Below, in pieces: positions 55,458 to 64,000 of a DNA stretch of 64,000 nucleotides. The position numbers and the translations under genes were made by a program. Origin of the DNA: Schizochytrium sp. TIO01 (Eukaryota > Protista > Bigyra: Labyrinthulomycetes). The stretch spans positions 7,608,761 to 7,672,760 of the forward strand of contig SMSO01000031.1 in assembly GCA_004764695.1 (NCBI GenBank). Direction: 5' to 3'. The notes beneath the pieces were generated by a model. It did no database searches. It was given only the letters and a program-made list of their open reading frames with translations, and was not told the origin of the DNA. The stretch's first letter is position 1, and every line of letters starts with the position of its first letter.

Positions 55458-57290
55458 TTTTCTGACTTGTGTAGAAAGGAGCTACGAAGAAAACCGTTGC
55501 TTTTTACAGCCAGCCTCTGATGGACTGTCTTTTTTATAATAGATTTGCTTTTACAAGCTGACGCAAGACAATACCTATATCATAGAAAGTTCCCCAGTGA
55601 ACACCGCGCACGTAATCAAATGTCCCCAGATCAAAATTCAAAACAGCCACAGCAATAATAGCGCATACCCGTTAGTCTGCAAAGGAACCATTTAGCTATC
55701 TTCATAAAATTCACAACAAATTATCTCCCATGTTTCGCTCCCTTTTCTTCTCATTCATACCTGTTTATTGAGCTTTTCCACTTGAGTGCACTCTCGTTAT
55801 ATTGCAGCTGCAACGTGTCGGGCGTACCTTCGATAGGACGAATGCTCAAATGATAGGTCGAACGTTCGATTGAGATTTTGATTCAATAATCGAACATCTA
55901 AATAGATACGAATAAAAAGAAAGAGAAAGAAAGAAACAAAATAATGGAAAACGAACGAAACGTTTCCTGCGCGAAACTTCGCTTCAAGCTGCGTCTTCGT
56001 GACCGCCAGCCTAGAACAGCCCACCCAAACCGCCTTCGTCGCTCAATCTCTCACCCAAGGCATTACGAAATGCCTCGCAGCAGGTCCTCACCAAGTCCCG
56101 GAAGAAGGGGTGGCGGGATCGGCAGGAGGCATCATGCTTCATGATGATCGCTGGGGAGCCCATGACCGCCACGTTACGGCTCCCAAGAATATGAAGGAAC
56201 AGAAGAGCTTCAAAATCATAAAAAGAGGGGGCGTCTATGCTGCATGAGCAGCTGCGAACGCCGCCGCGCGCGCGCTTACCTTGCGAAAGCCTCGACTATT
56301 CTCGTTTGGTCTCGGATCTGCGGCGACGGTTGGCGGATAAACCTGATTTTTAGATTATCCGATGGGGGTTACTGTAAAATGTCAATTTATCCGACCCCTC
56401 CAACGGTTACCCTATTGTAATGTACATAAAAACCGGAAGGCTATAGATCGACGCATGATACCCCCCATTAAAAGCCAGAATATCCTCGAAAACGAGTGAC
56501 AGTCGCGAGCGAGCGAGCGCTGTCCAACGGTCATTGAAGAAGGAGGAGTAGAGCTTAGGGCGAAGCTCGCGAGGCACTTTGCTCTTTTGGGCGCTTGCAT
56601 AGCTCCTCTGATGTGGTTTTTTCATATAGATGCATCGAATCGAGTTCAAGAGTTGTCTATTGAGTTGTAAGAGATAAACAAGGAAATAAACAACAAACCA
56701 TTGGTAACTTTATTGTAACAAGGTGAAAGGGCAACCAAAATTAAACATTTTCTGAGCATCAACTAGTATTTGTAGTTTTCCTACTTAGGATTAATGGTGA
56801 GAGGTGAGCAGAACTCCACTTAAGTTGTAGTCTTGCTTACTTTAGATTAATAGAAGTTGTTGGGAAAGGGGGTGTTAATAGAAACAGCAATACGAATGTA
56901 ACTTCTATGTGCCACTCATCGCATACAGCAGAGTGGAAAGTGGCGTGGTCCTCCTCCTTGGCAACAGCGAATTGCCTTTGCACGTCAAATACTTATCGCT
57001 GCCTTACAGCAGCAGGACAAGAACCTTTGCACGGACGTTTGCCAGGACTTGCAGGTATACTTTTTTAGAAAGAGACCAGTTAGACGCTTGCACTGACCTA
57101 CACATGGGACAAGGCCACAAGCGCGGGTGAAAGGCTGTGCAAAGGTCCTCATTCGCAGAGCTCTTGGTTGAGGAACTAATTTGACAAGTTTAAAGTATTC
57201 ATCCTTGTGAGTTGTGCCTTAGATTGAAATCACAGCAAGACTCTGGAGCGGTTAGAGTTAAATCTTGTAAACTCTGCCACAATAAGTATT

Positions 57291-59756
57291 ATGAAGAATT
57301 CGGAATCTGAACAAGGATCTGGTTCAGGATTCGATCCAAATAAATCAAAAGACACAAGCGAAAAGTCGTCTAGATCAGGAGGGTCTGGGGTAACGAAGAG
57401 AGATGAAAAACGTTCTCCTCAATCAACCTCGGGAAGCTTAAACCACAATCCCTTGGAGAAAGGTAAAAGCTATGAAGAGGAAGCTATGGAAGCTTTGCGG
57501 AGGTCTTCTGGACTGGGGGAACTGCCAAGTCGTACCAGTGTTGCAGGTCACCAAATACCCAGCCACATCCAAAGCTTTCAAGTTCAACCAGGTCACGGAA
57601 TAGCTGTGCGACCATCTGAGAGTCGTCTATCCATGTCAATGCGTGACCAGTCCTTACGACTGCGACCTAGCAAAGACATGAGTATGAACAAAATCGAGGC
57701 AAAGCCATCCCTGCTCAGCAAACTTCCGTCTATGCAATCTGCTGCTTCATTCGTCATGCCTAATAAAATAGGCCATTCTATGATTTCCTCAAAATCAAAT
57801 AAAAAGGCTCGTGAGCGTGGTTCGTTAGAGTTTTTTGCTACAGAGCTTACAGATGGAGAAGTAAATACAGCCAAGAAAAATGCTAGAAAAAATGCAAGCT
57901 TTATAATGCAAAATGTAGCATCAAGTAATGATATTGCAGCGACGCTTTCTGCAGAAGGAGGCAGAGGCGGAGGTCATCGACCTTCAGGGCAACGGAGTAG
58001 TACTATTATAAGCAATGGAAAATCCCCGAGCCCTTTAGGTACGGGAGAATCTTCAAACATGATTGGACCAACGAATTCACGCAGATCTACAATTTTGGAA
58101 GGTCCAGAAAAGCGAAACAGTTTTCTAACATCGCGCCCCTCGTTTATAGTTGGCCAGACCTCAAAAGCAAAGTATGATGAGCTAATCCGACGTCGCTCCG
58201 AACTATTAGGTGATCGAAAAATCAAACTCGAAAGTAAAGAAGAGCGCGCAATTTTCTTTGAACCTCCTGGTGGGTACAGCCAAGAAGTAAACATTTTTCG
58301 GCGCATGGAGATGAATGATGCAAATAGAATGATGAATACAGAGACGCCAGGATTAACACCATTTGGAGCGGCTGCTCGAGTTAGTGAAACTGAACGAAAA
58401 GCAGAACTGAACCGTTTCACTGCACTGCAGCGCCGGGCTGCACGTACAAACACGACAAGTACCCCAACGAGTTTTTATGATGTGGTGGATACTGAGGCAG
58501 AACCGCAAGCAAGCAACACAGACTTTTCTGAGCGCCTTGCAGGCAGGATTACAGAATCCTCGTGGTTTCAGAACTTTATTTTGTTTTGCATTATTTTCAA
58601 TACTGTTCTTTCGATCTTGTACACAGAGTCGTATGTGGAAAAAAACTTTGGACGCTTAATTGATGAGGCAGATAGTATTTTCCTCACAATATATCTATTA
58701 GAAATTTGGCTTAAGATGATTTATCAAAAAGCTAGTTTTTGGCGCGATAATTGGAATCTCTTTGATTTCTCGTTGATCTTAGTATCTGTGCTCAGCATTC
58801 TGGTTCGCGATATTGGTTCGAGATCTACCGTAGATGGCCGGGTACTTCGATTCTTACGTGTACTACGCGCCTTTCGTACTTTGCGTATTTTAGGAGCCTT
58901 ACGAAAACTTCAAGTGGTTGTGAACACCTTCTTGAAAAGTCTTATGGAGCTCACAAACATTGTTGTGATGATTCTACTTTTAATTTTCATGTTTGCAATC
59001 ATGGGTCTGCAACTTTTTCAGGAGTACTCGCCAGAATATTTTGGCACTTTAACTCAGTCTGCTATGACTCTCTTTATTTGCATTACTCAAGACGGATGGG
59101 TTTCAATTGTTGACGAGGTATTTACGAGTGTACAGGAGGCAGATGTGGATATTTTTATTAGCTTTATTATGCACGCTTTCTTCATTATTTACATCACCAT
59201 TGGAGCGTGGACGATGATTAACCTCATTAGTGGTATCACGGTGACAAATTGGCAATTGTACGTAGATGAAGTGAAAGCTATGGAGCGTGCTCGTTATCAT
59301 GACATCACAACACCATCACTGCGCGATGACCAGGTTGCAGAAGGTGCTCGCAATATTTCAGCAAAAACAGTGAGCTCAGATGTTTGGTCGAAGCAAGTAC
59401 CTTTATCATCAGCATCAAGCGTTGGACGAATCTCTGTTCAGAAATTGGAAAATTACATGTTAGTCCTCGATGCTCTCGAGCAGAACATGCAAGAGTATAA
59501 ATCGTTGACTAAGTTGCTGAAGGGGCACTTAGAAATCATTCAGTCAACCAATGCAATTCTCGATGTTCCGTTGCTAAATCGAGAGACGTCTACAACTAAA
59601 TTTGATGGTGACGTTCTCAGTATCCAGATGATGCGTGGACGGGACAATGGAGAGGACAATGATTCTCAGAGTGGCCGTCCGCTTATTGGGATGCGAGGCC
59701 TCTCTCGGCGTGGAAGTTCAATCATAAAAAGTATTTTGACGGGCCCAGATAAGTAG
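57291..59756 (+). CDS. CATSPER4: CatSper4-like single-repeat 6TM voltage-gated cation channel subunit
   Basis: S1-S6 with WNLFDF, S4 RVLRFLRVLRAFRTLR, pore TLFICITQDGW (the CatSper4-type filter) and C-terminal coiled coil LENYMLVLDALEQNMQEY. Confidence 0.88.
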   Translation: MKNSESEQGSGSGFDPNKSKDTSEKSSRSGGSGVTKRDEKRSPQSTSGSLNHNPLEKGKSYEEEAMEALRRSSGLGELPSRTSVAGHQIPSHIQSFQVQPGHGIAVRPSESRLSMSMRDQSLRLRPSKDMSMNKIEAKPSLLSKLPSMQSAASFVMPNKIGHSMISSKSNKKARERGSLEFFATELTDGEVNTAKKNARKNASFIMQNVASSNDIAATLSAEGGRGGGHRPSGQRSSTIISNGKSPSPLGTGESSNMIGPTNSRRSTILEGPEKRNSFLTSRPSFIVGQTSKAKYDELIRRRSELLGDRKIKLESKEERAIFFEPPGGYSQEVNIFRRMEMNDANRMMNTETPGLTPFGAAARVSETERKAELNRFTALQRRAARTNTTSTPTSFYDVVDTEAEPQASNTDFSERLAGRITESSWFQNFILFCIIFNTVLSILYTESYVEKNFGRLIDEADSIFLTIYLLEIWLKMIYQKASFWRDNWNLFDFSLILVSVLSILVRDIGSRSTVDGRVLRFLRVLRAFRTLRILGALRKLQVVVNTFLKSLMELTNIVVMILLLIFMFAIMGLQLFQEYSPEYFGTLTQSAMTLFICITQDGWVSIVDEVFTSVQEADVDIFISFIMHAFFIIYITIGAWTMINLISGITVTNWQLYVDEVKAMERARYHDITTPSLRDDQVAEGARNISAKTVSSDVWSKQVPLSSASSVGRISVQKLENYMLVLDALEQNMQEYKSLTKLLKGHLEIIQSTNAILDVPLLNRETSTTKFDGDVLSIQMMRGRDNGEDNDSQSGRPLIGMRGLSRRGSSIIKSILTGPDK

Positions 59757-60826
59757 AGATAGGGTCATGAGGAGAGATCGAATCTCATGCTTTAAATCTT
59801 TCCTCTGTATTTGCATGCAAATTGTAAGAGAGTTTGAAGAATAATGGGTTGAAGCGAACCGTCTACAGTCTGAGCCTACAGTACTAGCAAAGGTATTCGA
59901 GTCTTTAAGAAACAGTATTTTAGTATTTTTAAAAGTATGAACTAGTTTCTAAATATGCTTTCCTTTTATCGCTACGGTATTAAATGTCATATCACTCTGA
60001 CGGAATCAATCAAGTAGATGGTAGACTTTCAAATTTTGATTTTAAGAGAGATCGTATACTCGAGGGAAGACTTTTCATTTACCCAGTTTCTCTAAAGTGA
60101 GCATTTGTCGCAACTCAGATTCCGCTCAAGGGGAAATAATTAAAGTACCTTGGCAATCAGCCCAGTCCATTTTAGAGATGGACAACATAGCAAACACCAA
60201 GACAATTGTTGTAAGTTGTATAGCTAGGAATTTAATACTATTTGGCTAGTATACTAATTGGTAGGAGCAGATATTTGTTGGCGATGTGTACTAGAAGGTC
60301 ATATGAACGTGTGACAAATGAGGAATGAATTAGATTGTATGGGTTGATGTGCAATTTGTTATTCTAGTTAGAGCATAGCAAGGGGTTTTCGGCCTTAGAA
60401 AGGGTTGCTGTTAATTGTTGTTGATGTAACTAATCTCTGTCGCTGACGAGGCACTGGAAGGTGTAAACCCAAGGTGGCTCGAATCAGCAGAGTGAGATTT
60501 CGATCGTGTAAATGAAAGATAGAACTTTGGTCGTCCCTGGCGTCCTTGCCGCAGCCTTGCTCTCTTTTTATTTACGAAGTAGAGCGAGTGAATAAGTTCG
60601 CAAGCGAGAAACCCACCTCCACTTGAAACTGCAATTCTTTAAACGTGAATGTAAAAGAGGCCAAGGCGAAAGCGAAGTTGGGTCACCCGCAACGTAAAAG
60701 TACTTTGAGTAAAGTAGTAAGTAGTATGTCCAAAAGAAGCACGTCAGTAAGTATGCAATTAAGTAGGACAGAAGTCGAAGGGTTGTTGTTAAAAGTTGTA
60801 TTTGGTATTGAAGGTTTGGAGGTTGA

Positions 60827-60866
60827 AAAGAAGAAGAAGAAGAAGAAGAAGAAGAGGTAGTAGTAG
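60827..60866. repeat. (AAG)n followed by (TAG)n trinucleotide tract
   Basis: Directly visible. Confidence 0.85.
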
Positions 60867-61372
60867 AAGAGTAGGAGCACCAGATGAGACAATCCAGACC
60901 AACTCCAGAAGAAGGGAAATCCAAGGTTGAATACGATCAATTTCAACCTCAGAGACCTTTCCTAGCTACATATAAAAAGTGAAAGTGATATATGTTGAAG
61001 TAAAGCATTTGAACACAAGGCAATTAGGAGTTTGATTCCACCAATTCAGAATTGAATGGAGCCCACCAGACTGCCATGCAGTCGAAATTTGCCACAGAAA
61101 GCCACAGAAACCACAAGCAAGATGTTATGCCTTCAGAATCAGCCTCGCAAAAGTCTCGAGCACGGAATAAAGACGCACAAGCTTCCTCAAAATGTCCGGA
61201 ACCTTAAGATTCTAAAGATGAGAAGATATTTGCAGAAAGCGTCATAATTCAACTCGCACTAAACCCGCAAGGCCTTCTTCTGAAGCCCTGTGCTAACCTG
61301 CGACCCTCGTGGCAACCGGCGACTCAGTATCGCTAGAGCACTGGTCACTCGTGTATGGATCTAATTCTCAAA

Positions 61373-61681
61373 TTAGTGCTCAAGGTCCGCGACGCGCTTG
61401 CGAAGAGCCTTCTGGCCGTCAAGGGTATCGCGACGGAGCTCAGCAAGGGACTGCTCGACGCTCTTGGTGCACGCGTCGATGTCCTGAGCCAGCTGGTAGT
61501 AGCCAAGTCCAAGGCTGCCGACGGCACCGACGAGAAACCAGGTGAACCTGGCGCCCATGGAGGGCCCGCGCTTGACGGTCTTGACAGGCTCCGAGGCGGC
61601 TGCCGAGGAGAAGCCGCGCACGGAAGCAGAGGACACTGACACGCGCTGGGCGGCGCGGAGGAGCATGTTCTGGGCCTGCAT
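61373..61681 (-). CDS. Small mitochondrial single-pass membrane protein with coiled coil (about 100 aa)
   Basis: Arg/Ser/Ala-rich presequence ending RGFSS, TM FTWFLVGAVGSLGLGYY, heptad C-terminus, GC-rich codon usage. ATG at 61681 or 61666. Confidence 0.8.
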   Translation of the reverse strand: MQAQNMLLRAAQRVSVSSASVRGFSSAAASEPVKTVKRGPSMGARFTWFLVGAVGSLGLGYYQLAQDIDACTKSVEQSLAELRRDTLDGQKALRKRVADLEH

Positions 61682-62051
61682 GTTGACTAGAGAAGGAGGA
61701 GAGGCGAGAGGCACGGAAGAGGCGCGGAGAAGCTTGAGCTTGCTGCTTGCGGCTTGCTGCTTTGAGGGTCTGTTGATCGAAGCTCCATTTCTATCTATTG
61801 CATCTATCGACCCCTTCTATGCTAAACTCCTACCCCTGCGCTAAGACCCCTCCTCCTAGGCGCTCCTTACCCATTTACTACGGCCGTCTAACACACCAAT
61901 CTCATCATTCCTGAGGATGTGAGGTACTATCGTGCTGCAAATGACCAAGTTGCTCGCTCAAACCGACGCCTTCGAGCCCCAATGATGCCCAATGACACCA
62001 AACATAAAGGAGCCCGAAGCTGGAGGCTGAAGATGGTGTATGCAATCGATG

Positions 62052-62083
62052 CAATGCATGCATGCATGCATGCATGCATCCAT
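62052..62083. repeat. (CATG)n self-complementary microsatellite
   Basis: Directly visible. Confidence 0.85.
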
Positions 62084-62418
62084 GAAAGTTGGCCAAGAAG
62101 AAAGGAGGACAGAGACAAAGGATGATGCGGCGCTGAGAAGGGGAGCCACGTAAGCTTTACGGTAGGAGTGCAGTAGGGGCGGTGGTTATCTTTGAAGACC
62201 CTCGAATGGAATGAGAGATGGCGATAAAGGCCGTGAAGACAAAGAATTGCAATGAGTAATTAATTAATTGATCCTCGTCAATGCGGAATTGACTCCGCAG
62301 CGTCAGCTTCGCAGGCTCTTGGAGATTCCAGGAAATTGGCAAATCAAGCAACCACCGAGGAGCAGAAGTCGCCCAAGTCGAGTCGCATGCACTTGAAGCT
62401 AGCTAGCTGCCTGCTTCT

Positions 62419-62516
62419 GCATTGCATTGCATTGCATTGCATTGCATTTTGCATTGCATTGCATTGCATTGCATTGCATTTTGCATTGCATTGCATTGCA
62501 TTGCATTGCATTGCAT
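62419..62516. repeat. (GCATT)n satellite with a 32-bp higher-order variant
   Basis: Pentamer array with a GCATTTT variant occurring twice, 32 bp apart. Confidence 0.95.
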
Positions 62517-63640
62517 CATTCATTGATTCATTGCTGTGCTAGTGCTTCTATTATTATGCTTTTCTGCGGCTGTCATGCATAACCTTCGAACAAGAGAATG
62601 GAAATTATAGACATTGAATCCTCGTTCCGAAAATGCATCTCGCGCCACTGAAATACGATCAAGGCTCAGGAGTGGGAGACCTCGCGACAGCTGAGTGATC
62701 TGGATGGGAATCTGCAACAACGAGGAACGATGGTGCTCCTCCGTATTCGTTGAATATTGTCCATTTACGTACATTTCATTCATTTAGGTGTTCCGAGGAG
62801 TTGACATATGACATATCCTGGACTCCTACGTAGAGGCCTAAGTAACGGGGTGGCAGCAGTGGCAGTCGAAAGAGCGCAGAAGGTTCGCTGGAGTGCAAGA
62901 ACCTCTGGAACGCGAGACGAATCGAGAATCTTAGCGAACTTCGAAGATGGATGTAGATAGATTGGAATCAAATCACGCCTGACCAAACAAGTCCGCGTCA
63001 ACAGACACACCAAGGTTCAAGAAGAAGATATTCTCAACAGGGTTGCGTAAATATACTTCCGGCACGTTTACATATTCAACGGATGCTCTGGTTAAGCATT
63101 CCTACCTAGTTTTCAGGTGCGTCTGAAAAGATCGTCGTTGCAGCCAACAACCAAACAGTAAACGGCTCAGTTTCCTTATGTTTTACTGGACGAGCTCAGG
63201 CTACTGCGATTAAACCATCATTACCAGCTCATGTGCTTCTGAGGATGAATGTAGCACGCTTCTGGCCAGCGCCGCTGCTTCACTCGAACTTATCGACTGC
63301 CGAGAACCAACTGGGGAGCTCTTGCATTACATTTCCAAGTATCTTTTTCATGACTTATAACTGATAATCTACTACGAAGATCATAGTAAGCGTACCTAGC
63401 CTAGATAGTTCGTAACCCAGGGCAGACCTTGAAAGGAAGGAGTGAAGCCCCTCAAAACCAAAACTCTTGAACGGCGCAGGGGCCTAGCTTGGCACCATTG
63501 CTGAGGCAGCAAAGGGACCAAGATAAGTTGGATCAGAGTGCAAATACTTAGAGTTCGTTCTTCTTCAGAAGTCGTGGCGTTTGCTTGGACTGATTCGCAT
63601 TGGTCAACCTTAAAGCGAACAAAAGTCAGAATCTGTTATC

Positions 63641-64000
63641 ATGAATCCTTTGGAGTACAGACCAGCACCCGGACCCGAAGCCGAGGCTTACGATAGGCTC
63701 TGGAGTAGCGCCACAGCAGGTACGCAATCTCCAGATAAGCTTTCTGGAAAACCTGCATTTGACTTTTTCATCACATGCGGCTTGCCTAAAGAGGTCCTCA
63801 AGCACATCTGGGATATGGCAGACCCGTACAAAAGATTCTTCTTAGAGAAACCACAATTTGATGTGGCCGTGCGGCTTATCTGCGTAGCATGTGCTGGCTT
63901 AGACATAAATGTTTTGGGCACATGCCCTGGACGAGCTCTTGCGATGCCTTCACCATGGAGTACTCCGGAGATAGCCTCCAAGTCGACCGTGAGACCAAAA
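63641..64000 (+). CDS. EH (Eps15 homology) domain protein, continues beyond the right edge
   Basis: Manual translation from ATG 63641: YDRLW..KLSGKPAFDFFITCGLPKEVLKHIWDMAD..FLEKPQFDVAVRLI, the EH consensus. Not in the ORF track. Confidence 0.88.
   Translation, partial: MNPLEYRPAPGPEAEAYDRLWSSATAGTQSPDKLSGKPAFDFFITCGLPKEVLKHIWDMADPYKRFFLEKPQFDVAVRLICVACAGLDINVLGTCPGRALAMPSPWSTPEIASKSTVRPK

Noticed and set aside
60568-60946. Poly-Ser/Lys/Phe ORFs
   Set aside because: Driven by the (AAG)n tract just downstream of the small mitochondrial gene.

Overview
Eukaryotic nuclear DNA of roughly 45% GC, with few GT-AG introns and many microsatellites. The compact genes, (AAAC)n/(ATTGC)n repeats and a CatSper4 orthologue suggest a thraustochytrid/labyrinthulomycete such as Aurantiochytrium; this is inference. 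From left to right the window holds: an SHPRH helicase running off the left edge (missing from the ORF track); about 11 kb with no intact gene; a TIR/HET-like plus TPR protein; three tandem SDR paralogues; HSP20; a decayed kinase fragment; a frameshift-split PA / C-type lectin / HHIP-Frizzled-like CRD / Ig-like membrane receptor; a SUFU-like protein; a signal-peptide aldo-keto reductase; an orphan membrane protein; a METTL21-like methyltransferase; a 613-aa protein with five endosulfine (FDSxD[FY]) modules; a signal-peptide TPR-GT41(OGT)-GT4 double glycosyltransferase; CCT4; CatSper4; a small mitochondrial membrane protein; and an EH-domain gene running off the right edge. The best novelty candidates are the multi-module endosulfine, the secretory OGT-GT4 fusion, and the neighbouring SUFU-like and CRD-receptor genes. 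All family calls come from manual motif recognition; no searches were run.
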